A stretch of 64,000 nucleotides of DNA from Octopus sinensis (taxonomy: Eukaryota), in contig NC_043010.1 in NCBI RefSeq assembly GCF_006345805.1, positions 43,896,001 through 43,960,000 of the forward strand, in the 5' to 3' direction. Under the pieces are notes generated by a model, which worked only from the letters and a program-made list of their open reading frames with translations, did not search any database and had not been told where the DNA came from. The position numbers were made by a program, and so were the translations under genes. Positions 23,991 to 36,759 of the stretch are shown piece after piece (positions within the stretch are counted from its first letter, which is position 1; every line of letters starts with the position of its first letter).

Positions 23991-25499
23991 ATTACCATTA
24001 TTATTTGTAGCATTTCACAGTGGGCCAGAGAGTGCAAAACTATCAAGAGTTTGTTAGCACCTTCGAATGATCTGTTTGAACAGTTACAAAAAGTACCTTT
24101 TTGAACACTTCACTTTTAATTAAGTCACCTGTCTTTCAACTTCAGTCATTCTTCTATTCAAACATCCAGTCACAAATACCACAATCTTCATATTGTTCTC
24201 TTGTCTTTTTATGTATTTCAAAGGCTAACTATTAATATTTTTTCTTGCTCCCACCTCTCTCTTTCAACCCAAGATAATTTTCTTTAATTTGTAATGTGGA
24301 TTCTTTGACTTTATACCATACTAAATTTTCAGTCAGTACCCCTTACTTTATCTATACTAGTGATCAGATCATCAATGTATTGCTTTATTTTTTAACAATT
24401 GTTCCTTGTAAGTGTTTTACATTCAAATATCAAATATATTATTTCTCTTTTTTCATGTACAATTTTGATATCTCTAGTTCTTCCACTTTTACTTTTCGCA
24501 TTTGTCCCTGCATGTTGATAATTCCTGCATTCACTACCATGAATTTCCTTTTCCTTCTTAGTAAGCCTATATATATGGGGTCCTTAGACTGGTTTACCAA
24601 AGATTTTCTCTGCCATGTCAGATGTTACCCTCATGAGGGATGATGTTACTCTCAGACCAGAGGCCTGACTCAAATGCTTGCAACTATATGGTCTCCACTA
24701 AATGTACTCAGTTGCAAGGTGGCAGGGTTAAGCCAGACAAACAGATTTAGGTCTGCCTTCCAGCACTTGACATCAGCAAAGCTTCTGTCATGTCTTGCAT
24801 GAAAATCTGACTGTTGTCTGACTGTAATCTCCCCTTGTCTCCTTTTCCTCAGCATGTACTGATGATTCTCTCTTTCTCTCTCTCTCTCACACACACACAC
24901 ATCCACACACATCCAACAAATTCCATCTGACCAGTGCAGACACGGAAAAGTGGATGGTAAATGAGAAGAAACGATGCTGGTGTATGTACCATCATCATTT
25001 ATCATCTGTTTTTCTATGCTGGTATGGGTTGGACAGTTTGGCAGAAACAGACAAACTAGAGGGCTGTGCAGCCCTTTATAATGCCAACCACTGACCATAA
25101 TATATTGAGTATTTCTTTCATGGCACCAGTACTGGTGAAGTCACTGAGTAACCCCTCAACTGAGTGGGGTATCATATTGAGGGATATGAAAGTAAGATAG
25201 ATGTACAGGAACCAGTATCTTGCTGAAAAAGTGAGTATATGGCTTGCATGTCTGCAAAGAAAGAGAGAGAGATGTGAGGTCAAAGCACAAAGTGAATATG
25301 GGAAAATAAAATAGAAGAACTGAAAAGATGAGTAGGTAAGTGCTCCAGAGTGAAAATAGTGTAACATAATTAGAGATGGAGATTAAGTTGGATGTAATGA
25401 ATTTTAGTTAATGAGGAGAGGGAAATGAAGAAAGGAAATAGAAGTGGATCAGGATGGAGGAAGTAACAGGAGACAATAATAAGGAAACAATGTTGGGAG

Positions 25500-26250
25500 A
25501 AATCAATGCAGGACCTTATTTTTGCTGAAATGGACAGGTCTTCTCAAGTACAGCATATTGCCATTGATATTGTTTCTCCCATCATCTCTTCTCAAAGGCT
25601 CAACATCTTGAAGCCAATCTTCACCTCATCATCCCACATTTTCTTGGGTCTTCCTAAACCACAGATTTCTTTCTTGTTTCTTTATACAGCTGTCCTCATC
25701 CATGCACATCACATGACCATACCAGCACAATCTTCTCTCCTATGCACTATATCTGATGCCTCTCAAGCCCTATTTTTTTCTTCGCACATTTGTACTTTGT
25801 TATGCACACTCACATTGCACGTCCATTGGAACATACTAACTGCATTTTTTTTTAGGCTTAACATATACTTTGCATTCACAGCCCAAGTTTCACAACCATG
25901 TAGCATTGCTGTTTGTACAATCATAATACAATCTGCCATTCACTGTGAAAGAGAGACCTCTTGTTGCCAACAGAGGTGATAGTTGTCTGAACTTTCTACA
26001 GCCAGTTCTTATTTTAGCAACTATGCTTTCAGAACATCTTCCCCCTTTGCTAATTAGGTCACTTAAGTTACAAAAGTTATGTACAACTTCTTGGAAGCCT
26101 CCTGCGTATTCCAGAAAATCTTTCCCTTGTGATCTTAAGTTAACTTTAAGGCACTTTGGTTCCTGGTTTTGCTTCCACACTTACAATTTCCTTTCTGATT
26201 CCACAATAGTTTCAGCTATAAGGACAAGCTCATCAGCATAGAGAAGTTCC
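25500..26250 (-). mobile_element. RTE LINE C-terminal fragment (plus RTE 3' tail remnant at ~24790-25030)
   Basis: ORF 25890-26180: GGRCSESIVAKIRTGCRKFRQLSPLLATRGLSF; homologous to 3686-3880. Confidence 0.8.
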
Positions 26251-27099
26251 TATGGGCAGCTAGTCTTAAATTTCCTTGTTATGAGAATCCTTTTATCACA
26301 CCTATTCAAAGAATCCACCATTAGCATCAATGGCTACTTCAATACAAGGTCAAAAGCATTGAAATGCCTGAATCAGATGATCTTTATCAATTTAGGATAT
26401 AGTGCTGGTTATGGCAGACTTGAGAGATTGGGTAGTGTTGTGGGAGTGTTGATTGAGATCTTGTGCGCTAGGAGGCTATGTGTCTGGGAGAACATGACCA
26501 TGAAATTGGCTTTTCATAATAGCATTTTCATGCCTCTTTCTTTCTAGAATCATTAAATGCAAGTGTGCCATTATCCTTTTGTACACACTTCTCTTCCACA
26601 TCTTAATTTTTCTCTGATACACAACCTTGCAATCTGAAGTACCTCATGACTTTGGTTCTTATGCCATAGAACAGTAGCAAACCCCTTCTATTCTGCTTCT
26701 CCCTTTGCTAAACAGACCTGTCTCCTTGCTTCTCTTCTAGGTGCTTGATATTTCTTTGACTTTCCCCTCAGCATTTTCAATCATCAAACATAACTAAATA
26801 CGGTTATGTCCATTAGATTTTATTAATAATTGGCTAATATTTCTCTAAGTGGTTATAAGTTTGTTAATTAGTTATATAATTATTTCTGCTGCTATCTTAA
26901 CTTCACCCCAACTAGATTGACTTCAACTTCCATCATCTCTTAATGCTTTACTTAAGTTGTTTTGCTCTACTCTTTTGCACACATGGATGACTTCCAACAT
27001 CATTGCAATGTGTCATTCATGCATATCCAGCAGAGAACTGATCAGCTCTTCTATTAATTCTAATCTTTTTCTTTATTACTTTTATGCTCCTTTGATCAA

Positions 27100-28340
27100 T
27101 CACAAACTCAAACATGACAGGAACATCCTAGACAATTCCAACAATAACAACAGCAGGAACTTGGAGATACTCCAATTCTCCAAGAGGAAGTTGAAGAAGC
27201 AGTGCATATGCTCAAAGTTGGGAAATCCCCAGGAGTGGATAACATCCCTTCAGAGTTCCTAAAACATGAAGGGCCAAAGCTTATCAAGGTACTAACAGAT
27301 ACCTGTTAGAAGATATGGGAGATGAAGGAGTGGACCCAATCATTGATGATACGGATTCCCAAGGAAGACAATTTAAGATTCTGCCTGAATTAGCGAACAA
27401 TCAGCCTCATTAGTCACCCCAGCAAAGTATTGCTAAGCATTCTGCTAAACAGACTTAAGGGAAAGGTAGAAAATATCCTTGAAGATGAACAGGCATGATT
27501 TAGGTCCCAAAGGAGTACTGTGGAGCATATAGTTTACATTAGACTTCTCTGAGAAACATTGACAACACAAGTCTGACGACTTCAAAAAGGCATTTGACAA
27601 TGTTTGGTATGGTGGATTGTGGTAGGTGATGAAGAATCATAACTTTGACAACAACCTCATTGAAGTAATCCAAACACTGTATGAAAAGTAACCCATGCAG
27701 TGCAGTTCTCCTGAACAACAGCATCAGAGAATTCTTCAGGACAACAGTTGGTGTTAAACAAGGATATATCCTCTCTCCAGAGTTTTTCAGCATCTTCCTG
27801 GAGACACTTTAAGTCCTCCACCACTCTATTTCCATTGGAGGATGGCCTATTTCCAACGTGCACTTTGCTGATGATATTGACCTCTTTGGAAGCAGTGAAT
27901 CATAACTGCAAGAGCTTACCACCAAAATGGAAAAAAGCTACTGGAAGGTATGAAAGAGATCAACCCAGAAAAGAGCAAAATCCTGGTTAATAGTAAAAGC
28001 CAAAACACAGCAACCAACATCATGCTAAATGGAGAGAGACTTGATAGAGTGGGTCACCTTCAAGTACCTCGGATCCACTTTGACCAAGGATGACAGATCT
28101 CAAAAGCAGATAACAAAACTCAGTTTAGCTTCTGCTGCCATGATAAAGCTGAACAACATATGGAAAAGCAATTCCATTTGTTTTCCAACAAAACTTAGAG
28201 TGTACAAGACCCTGGTGACTTTGATCCTTCTGTATGAGTGTGAGAACTGAACTCCCTCAGTGAACCTGATATACGTGACAAAGATCAATGGTAATGGCTG
28301 GCTATGAAAATGTCTAGAGTGGTACCCCAACAACTGTCTG
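27100..28340 (+). mobile_element. Decayed RTE-type LINE RT region
   Basis: Hand translation: EEVEEAVHMLKVGKSPGVDNIP...RTISLISHPSKVLL; ORF 28029: FKYLGSTLTKD...LLYECEN. Confidence 0.8.
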
Positions 28341-30469
28341 CATCAGTTAAGGGATCTTGATGATGATACTCCTTCGATATTTAATTCGACCACATATTTC
28401 ACTCTTAAGGGTTGCCTCCTTCATCTGTGCACCTTCCATCCTTCCTTTCTCCTTTTTATTTTTCTTGTTCTACATATATTTCCATTGGCTCCCTCCTTTA
28501 TACCTAAAACTAAATCAATTTTGCACTTTTCTTCTAAGCTCTCTTTTATGTTCTCTATCTATCTAAACAAAACTATCTGACAAACGGGAATGTGAACAGA
28601 GAAATGGACGCTTTTTATCAAAACTTTTACCAAATAATCACTTATATCCTGTAGATTGAGTGTATGTAAAGATTTGTTGGAAAAAAATTTCCAAGGGATT
28701 GGGGAGAGGAGTTTCGGAAAATTCACAGGACCTGACACTTCTCCTTTCATAGCTTTCTAGAAAATAGGAATTTTTAAATAATTTTATACAAATACCTTTC
28801 AAACAGTGTAGATTACAATTACAAAGAAATTTGTAGGCAAAATTTTTGTAAGGGGGCAGAGAAAAGGAGTTTCTGGAAAATGAAGTTTCAAATCAGACAG
28901 CCCACATAAATTGGAATTCCTCCATTTTGATGGGGATTTTTTCCAATGTTTTTCACCAAAGTCTTCAGAATGATGGGAAGTATCTTTTCACAAGTTAAAA
29001 AACAAAAAAGTTTTGAAGATTCTTTTTTTTTTCACTCTTGTCATCCCCTCTCCACCTCAGTTTTTTTTCACTACATGAGAGAAACATTTTCGGTTTTAAA
29101 AAAAATTTCAGAAGAAAATGTGTGATTTAAGGGAGATTTGGTTGTTGCTTCTAGCACATCCCAAAACCTCCCTCCTTGTTTCTTTCTCACACATCTATTG
29201 ATATTTTTCAATATTTTTCTCCCCATAAACAAAGTTTTGGGAATGATGATGTCAAAGTAACACGTGTAGTCCAACTTGAGCAAGGCCATGTTAGGTGTGT
29301 GTAAGAAAAAAAACACCTAAAAAATCTTTAGTATTCATATTAATTTGTCAAATGAAATGCTTATTTGTTCACATTATTTTGAATTATTCAGGTTCAAGAG
29401 GGTTGTCCACAATATTTGCTTGTAACTTTGTAAACTTTTTACATACAGATTTGAAATTTTGTCAGTAGGTGCTTTATATACCACTGGTTTATAGTTATGT
29501 AATTTTAGCTGATATTGCTGAGTAAATTTGACTTTTATGGACAGGTGTAAAAGCAATAACATTATGGGTAAACACTAAAATTGAAATTCTCAATGCATCT
29601 TACCTGTTTGATTTATTACTAAAATTATACCAGATCGCAACTGACAAAAATTTTGCCAGATGAAGTACATTAATTTGAATTAATTAAAATACAATTGGTA
29701 CAAAATTTTATTCTTTCGGTAAATATTTTGTACCTCGGTGTGGAATAATTTTTTTCCACAGTTTTTTTCAGATGCATTCAACGTATCTGACCTCCAAACA
29801 CGCCACAAGCCACATTTTTCCAGAAAAGATAAGTGGGAGGGGTGGTAGGTGCTTCAAAGTTTCTCACTAAGGGAGTTTTGTTTCACAGGTCTTTTTTACT
29901 TTTCCAGGTTATTTTGCATACTTTCAACGAATGTGACATCAAAATCACGTGTAAACAGCTCCTTTTTTCCAGAAAGGGAAAGATTTGGCTGCTATTTCTA
30001 GCATGCCCTGCTACCATGTAACAGTTATTTGAGTTCACACCAAAATATTTGCCAACTTTTTCTTTCTTAATATGGAAGTCTTTATGGAAGTCTTTATGGA
30101 AGTCAGTATTTTCTCTGTTGAAATCCACCTCAGCGAGGTCACAGATCAAGTGGAAACACATCAGTCACTGTTCCCTCTTGGCAGGACAAAGAAATTTCCT
30201 GCTGTCTTTGCAAGCAACAAGTGGGTGGGTTTGGTTTCAAATCCAGGCAGGGCCAAATAAGGTCCTACAAGTTATTATTTATAATAATAATAATAATAAT
30301 AAGTGGTATTATATTGGGGTTGAAAGAATTTGAAAACAATAGAAACTTTTAAATGTTCACTGGTTTTTATGAAATTTTGGGGTTACTAGACTTGAGTTAA
30401 TGGAAGTTAATTAGTCCAATAATGATTTTCAAAGTTAGCTTAAAAGTTAAATTGTTAACGAAAATCACA

Positions 30470-31225
30470 AGTCCCTTCTGGGAGATGACCCTGCTCGATA
30501 TGTAAGAAGGGTGTTGGTAGAAACTCCATGCACTCTACTCAGTGTGAGATTTGGACACATAAGAGGTGCAATGCTATCAAAGAAAGGTTAGCGGAGAATA
30601 TAGTCTTTGTGTATGGCAAATGTGCAGATACAATAAGCACTAAAAAGGCACAGACAATTGGCTCCTTCAAATGCTGGTGGGTAGGGATCATTGTATTAGT
30701 GGATAGCTTCTGTTACCAAGGAAACCAAATTAGCAGTGTTGGAGGAAGTTCTGAAAGAGTAGTTGCTAGGATAAGAACTGGCTGGACAAAGTTCAGAGAG
30801 CTTCTGCTTTTGTCGGTAACTAAGGGCCTCTCCCTCAGAGGGAAAGGCATAATGTATGATGCCTATGTATGTACAGCTATGATACATGGCTGTGAAACAT
30901 GGACTTTGACTACAGAGGACTTGTGAAGGCTTGAAAGAAATGAAGCTAGCATGCTCCACTGGATAGGTAACGTCAGTGTGTATGCATGACCGAGTGTAAA
31001 TGATTTAAGAGGAAAACTGGGTATAAGAGGCATCAGATGTGTACAAGAGAGAAGACTGTACTGGTTTGGTCATGTGATGTGTGTGGATGAGGATAGCTGT
31101 ATAAAGAAGTTCTGAGCTCTAATTGAGGAGGGTACCAGTGGAGGGGCCAGACCCAAGAAGATGTGGGACAAAGTAGTGAGAAAGGATCTTCAGATATTGG
31201 GCCTCACTGAGGAAATGACCAGAAG
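30470..31225 (+). mobile_element. RTE LINE C-terminal fragment immediately upstream of the RRM1 exon
   Basis: ORF 30528-30926: RIRTGWTKFRELL...KGLSLRGKG..YDAYV...HGCETW; then WFGHVM and GARPKKMWD motifs. Confidence 0.85.
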
Positions 31226-31325
31226 GTGTAAATAATGTTATTACAACCTGATATATTAATTGTTGTCACTATTGTATGTCATTTTTTTTGTTTAGTAATT
31301 GAAACAATATTTCTCTTTATTTCAG

Positions 31326-31508
31326 GAAAGTCCCCATTTGGTTTCAATGAAGATAATCATCTGCTTGACGATACAAGTCTGGACCAAACTGTTCCCAGTC
31401 TGAGTTCTCCTGCCCGTGGTTCCCCCAATCCTCCAACTGCTCAGGAGAGGTTGGAGCGTTTTTCACGGAAAGTCTTTGTTGGAGGTTTACCCCCAGATAT
31501 TGATGAAG
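31326..31508 (+). CDS. orb2: CPEB exon (183 nt, phase 1-1): GKSPFGFNEDNHLLDD...QERLERFSRKVFVGGLPPDIDE, start of RRM1
   Basis: tttcAG acceptor; RNP2 motif VFVGGL. Donor GTTCAA at 31509 is weak, but it is required by phase and sits at the conserved DIDE| junction. Confidence 0.95.
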
Positions 31509-31708
31509 GTTCAACATTTATTATAACTGACTATACCAAAGTTTATTTTCACCATTCACTTTAAGAAACCATAAAAAATTTTTGTAAATTCCATACAAAT
31601 CCACCTAATTGAAGTCAAAGTAGTTAGTGACATGCAATTGTATTGTATTAAAAATGATGTTAAAAAAAATTAAGCTTCAGACACATTCTATATATTTTCG
31701 TAAGGCTT

Positions 31709-32030
31709 GAAGTCATGTGGCTTAGTAGTTAGGGTATTCGGCTCACGATCATAAGGTCATGAGTTCAATTCCCAGAAACATGTGTCCTTGAGCAAGACAC
31801 TTTATTTCATATTGCTCCAATCCACTCAGCTGGCAAAAATGAGTAGTACCTGTAATTCAAAGGGCCAGCCTTATCACACTCTGTGTCATGCTTATTTTCC
31901 CTGAGAACTATGTTAAGGGTGTATGTATCTGTAGAGTTCTCAGCCACTTGCACATTAATTTCAAAAGCAGGCTGTTCTGTTGATCAGATCGACTGGAACC
32001 CTTGTTGTCGTAACCAATGGAGTGCCAGTT
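31709..32030 (+). mobile_element. tRNA-derived SINE
   Basis: TGGCTTAGTAG (A box) ... GAGTTCAATTCC (B box), then TGTCCTTGAGCAAGACACTTTATTTCATATTGCTCCA; same family as 7523-7766. Confidence 0.75.
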
Positions 32031-32526
32031 TTTAAAGTAATATGTTGTACTGCTCAGTTTTTTACTAGTATGAATTGGAGCTTTTGATGTTTTACTCCTC
32101 TCTTCCTCACGTCACTTTCTCAAAGACTACACAGAGTACTGGAAAAAGCTTTTCAGTGGAGGCTCACCAACATGTAAGGCTTCAAACCAACCCATGGGTA
32201 ACAAACACTTTAGCTTTCAGTATGTGTATCTTTCCAATATCAGTCAAACACAGTTTGTCAACTTAAATTCTTTATTGCTTCTATTCAGTTCCAAACAATA
32301 CCCTTAAATGAAAACAGGCTATTTAACATGTTACCCAGCATTCTCATGTTAAAACTTCAGAATTAAGAAAATATGATCACAGATTCAGTTACAAATTATA
32401 AACCAATAATCAACGAACAAACACCTTTATCCATTCACTGTCTGTAATTCACCTTACTTTTTAGAGCACCAGCAAACTTGAAGATGAAATTAATTTTGAT
32501 CACCAATTCCTTTTTTTTTTTTTTAG

Positions 32527-32616
32527 AGGAGATTACATCAGCATTCCGACGTTTTGGTCCTTTAGTGGTTGATTGGCCTCACAAAGCTGAGAGCAAGTCT
32601 TATTTTCCACCTAAAG
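32527..32616 (+). CDS. orb2: CPEB exon (90 nt): EEITSAFRRFGPLVVDWPHKAESKSYFPPK-G (RRM1)
   Basis: T-rich acceptor ttttAG, donor GTAAGC at 32617; diagnostic VVDWPHKAESKSYFPPKG motif. Confidence 0.98.
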
Positions 32617-33652
32617 GTAAGCTGTTATTTCTATACAGAATTTTCTCCATAAAACCAAACAAATATTTCTCTGTTGAGATAGTATTACATATTTTTTTAC
32701 TTTATCTAGTATATATTTAACTTTAAACAACTTTGCTACAGTTAAAGATGGAAGATATTTTAATTTTTTAAAGCTCTACAATTATTTGTTGATGGTAACA
32801 AGGAGGTTTAGACCAAAAGATATTGAGATAAAATAATTAGATCAGCTTGTGAATTTGCTTAATCTGTACTGTTTTGATGAGTTTCCTCTCTTGAGAAACA
32901 GATGTTAAATTGTGGTGTTGATGATGTTGATGGTGAAGACTAATGATGCAAAAGTTATTCTATTCAGCTCACAAAGAAATCTTAGCTTCTTTTTTTAACT
33001 TAAAGCAAATTGATAATTGAAAGAATTTCTTTGCTGGAAATGGAAAGGAGTATCTTGGACCATCACACAGACACCTGATGATATATTCAAGTCCTATTGG
33101 TTAGATTAGATTTTGAGAAGAGTTTTGGATCTACTTTTCTTGGGGTATTTGTAACATAGACATCTACAACAAACATAGTCAGTCCTCTACTCAACACCAA
33201 ATGTGACAGCATACTTCATTGTTAGGTCATGAAAAGTGTAATGATGAAATTAGTTAACATCCTGTGATGTGGGAGAAATGGAAAAAGAAAAACATTGTTT
33301 ATAAATTGTCTGTTAGAACAAAACTTGCCCAAAATTGTCAGTATCAAGATTATCATAAGTTGATCATCACTCTCAGCAATATGGCTGTTGTTGTTTTCTT
33401 TATAACCATAATCATCATTATCAACCATCACACATCGTCCTAACAATCATCACCAATCATTTGAAATCCTAACAATCATCACCAATCATTCAGCTGTTGG
33501 CCACAGCTGAAAAAGAATTCATTCAACTTCTCATTTAATCCCTAACATTTAATACCTAACATTACCTATCTTATACCTCAACAATTTCAATAAGTTCATA
33601 TAGTTTACTATTGACTGACTGAAGATTGTTTGATTTTCTCTTTCTTTGTTAG

Positions 33653-33771
33653 GCTATTGCTTTCTGCTGTTTCAAGATGAAATGTCTGTGCAGTCATTGA
33701 TTGAAGCCTGCATCACTGATGATGATAAACTATACTGGTGTGTGTCCAGTCCTACTATGAAAGATAAACCT
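33653..33771 (+). CDS. orb2: CPEB exon (119 nt): GYCFLLFQDEMSVQSLIEACITDDDKLYWCVSSPTMKDKP (RRM1)
   Basis: tttgttAG acceptor, donor GTAAGT at 33772; RNP1-like KGYCFLLF. Confidence 0.98.
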
Positions 33772-34433
33772 GTAAGTACAGCAAAAGTTGATTTCCTAAA
33801 GAGACAACAGGAGATGTGTCCAGGACTAGATTGGAAACTGAATTCTTACAACATACATGACATTGTTATTGTACAACAGGATACATAAATATTTTCTAAG
33901 GCTTAATTTCTATATCACTGTCTACCCTGTTACCACAGTGTATATATTATAATAGTTTTATGGTTTACTGTTTTACCTCTCGTTTCAATTCTTTCAGTTC
34001 TCAATTGAAATTTACTGAATTAAAATCATTCATTAAATTTATTTTTCTCCAATTCTGTATTGTTAAATCATTTTCATTACCTTTCTGTTTCTTAGAAACA
34101 AAAAGGTACTTAAAGGTAACAAACAAGAAAATTAATTAAAAAAAGACAATGACTCAAACTACAAGATTATATTTCTATGAAAATTCCATTGCACATGTAG
34201 ACTTTTCTGACTTATTTTTTATTTTAATAATTTTTTTAATATTTTATTTTGTAAAGTAAATAATTCTTTTAAAAGGCAGCTAATTTCTATAAAATAGTGA
34301 CAGACTAAATATTTATTATCCTTTTATTTCTCAAAGTTCAAAAATAAAATATCAAATTGACATCTTCCTCTCTAAAATAAAAAGAAGTTAATGCTTATTT
34401 TCTAAAAACATTACCTTTTATTTATTTTTTTAG

Positions 34434-34548
34434 GTCCAAATTAGACCATGGAACTTGAGTGATTCAGATTTTGTGATGGATGGTAGCCAACCATTGGATC
34501 CGCGTAAAACAATATTTGTTGGTGGAGTTCCAAGACCACTAAGAGCAT
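34434..34548 (+). CDS. orb2: CPEB exon (115 nt): VQIRPWNLSDSDFVMDGSQPLDPRKTIFVGGVPRPLRA (linker/RRM2)
   Basis: ttttAG acceptor, donor GTAAGT at 34549. Not in the ORF track (too short); read by hand. Confidence 0.98.
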
Positions 34549-35790
34549 GTAAGTATCTTTCTCCTTATCCATTTTTGTTATTTAGTTTAGTCAAGGTTGC
34601 TCATATGTGTTTATGGTTCTGAGCTATTAACCATAAACTCAGAAGCTAGTTTTATCCACAGCCATTGAGTTGTACTTCTTAAACAAAGCTCATTGTTTAG
34701 CTTGCTTGCTTTCTATCCGAGCACAGATTTAATTCAACATATTAAAAGTATATATTTTAAATTTGAAATTGTAGAAGATGAAAAATTTATCCATGTTGAT
34801 TGTATTGAGGTTATGTCTACCAGTTTGTTTATGCAAACTATTATAAGTATTTTAAGTTTTGAAGAAATGTAAGGTGTGATAGTAACTGATGTACTGGTAT
34901 ATGAATCATGATAGTCTTTTCTACTGTGGGAATGAGCTAGTCAATTACATTTACTCCAGTCATCAACTGGTACGTATATTATTGACTCCAAAAGAATGAA
35001 AGGCAAAGTACAGAGTATCAAATTCCTACATATCAAGTAAACCAATATCTTAGCACCGAGACTTCGTGCTTTTGTTAATAATTGAGAATTTGGTCTTCAA
35101 ATTCTTTATCATTTTTCTAAGTTTTGAACTTTTCTTACAGTACTCCGACAGATCTTATTTTGAGAACCAAGTCATTAGCATTGAATATTCTCAAGAAAAA
35201 CTTTTCAATACTTATAACCTCAAGAATTATAATGAATAGAAATAGAATTTAGGGCAGTATATGTACAGTTCACCCTGAATACCTGGTAATTAACATTATT
35301 GAGGGGACCATATAAATTGACTAATTGCAGAAATATGCAGTAATTTTTATTGAAAACACAAAACAAGATAAACAACTGCATTTTTGAAGGCAATTTACTT
35401 TCTTGTCTATCTTTAATTACTTTTCTGTTAAATCCATGAAGGTAATTAAAAGTAATAGACAAGAAAGTTAATTAAAAAAAAAGACAATTGTAGTAAGCTT
35501 AGAGTATTGACACAGTCAAGGGCAGATATTGAAAACACATCAAGAACTTAACAGATAATTGTGATAATGATGATTTCTGACATGGGTGCAAGGCCACAAA
35601 TGGATTAATTTGGGAGAGGGAACAGTTGGATGAGATGTAAAAGCAATTATATAGAGAGTTTGAAATAACTGTAACAAGAGACTTAGACTGATACTCAACT
35701 GATTCTGCCACCTACCATTCTATTACAGTTATGATTTACACTGAATATCTGACTGAGTTCTATGGATAATCTCACTTTGCTCTTTTTCAG

Positions 35791-35972
35791 TGGAGTTAGC
35801 TTTGATCATGGATCGTCTTTATGGAGGTGTTTGTTATGCAGGCATTGACACTGATCCTGAATTAAAATACCCTAAAGGAGCTGGCCGTGTAGCTTTCTCA
35901 AACCAGCAAAGTTACATTGCTGCAATCAGTGCTCGCTTTGTTCAACTGCAACATGCCGATATTGACAAGAGG
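35791..35972 (+). CDS. orb2: CPEB exon (182 nt): LELALIMDRLYGGVCYAGIDTDPELKYPKGAGRVAFSNQQSYIAAISARFVQLQHADIDKR (RRM2)
   Basis: tttttcAG acceptor, donor GTGAGT at 35973; matches ORF 35790..36053. Confidence 0.98.
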
Positions 35973-36239
35973 GTGAGTGTTGATATTGCTTTTTTTGCTC
36001 TATTTGGGTGTGTAAAACCTGAAAGTATAAAAACATGTTTGATATTTATGTAAATATATAAATAAATCTGTATATAATATAAATATTTTTTTTTTATATA
36101 TTAACATGTTCATATTCATTTTCCTCCTTTTCTATTACATGAAAGGGTTATAAAGTAATCAGCAAGTAATACTTAGAGGTCTGCATTACAATTTTCTGTT
36201 TGTACTTTAGCTGTTATTTCTTCTATGAACTGCAATATA

Positions 36240-36470
36240 TATTTCTTTACTACCCACAAGGGGCTAAACACAGAGGGGACAAACAAGGACAGACAAACGG
36301 ATTAAGTCGTTTACATCGACCCCAGTGCGTAACTGGTACTTAATTTATCGGCCCCGAAAGGATGAAAGGCAAAGTCGACCTCGGCGGAATTTGAACTCAA
36401 AACGTAACGGCAGACGAAATACGGCTACGCATTTCGCCCAGCGTGCTAACGTTTCTGCCAGCTCGCCGCC
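36240..36470 (-). mobile_element. Young, apparently full-length tRNA-derived SINE with target-site duplication
   Basis: Minus strand GGCGGCGAGCTGGCAGAAACG...GAGTTCAAATTCC (B box)...CTTTGCCTTTCATCCTTTCGGGG; CpG-rich; TGCAATATA repeated at 36231-39 and 36471-79. Confidence 0.9.
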
Positions 36471-36691
36471 TGCAATATAGTCAGGTCTGATGTAAGTGGG
36501 GAGGAAATAGTTGCATCACATATGATAATGTTGGTTCTTAGTAATATTATATAAGATAATACAATAGAAATATGGGGCTATGAAGGCAAGCTCTAATGTA
36601 AGCTTATATTACTAGTTCTAAATTGGGTCACTCCACTACCAGATTAAAGTTGTACCAAATTTTCAGCTATATGGACTGAAATATGCTTTTC

Positions 36692-36759
36692 CATGGAACA
36701 CTGGTAATTTAAACCTGTCTTTACTATTAAAGACAGGTTTAAATTACCACCTTTCCATG
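36692..36759. repeat. Perfect 22-bp inverted repeat with 4-nt loop plus 7-bp basal extension
   Basis: TGGTAATTTAAACCTGTCTTTA-ctat-TAAAGACAGGTTTAAATTACCA; CATGGAA/TTCCATG beyond a 3x3 internal loop. Confidence 0.9.

Noticed and set aside
30071-30104. Short direct repeats (also 33440-33490 and 49414-49467) as a CRISPR-like array
   Set aside because: Tandem units without unique spacers, eukaryotic context, no cas genes.
36240-36470. tRNA gene
   Set aside because: It has A/B boxes but continues into a SINE body and tail with a TSD; no complete cloverleaf.
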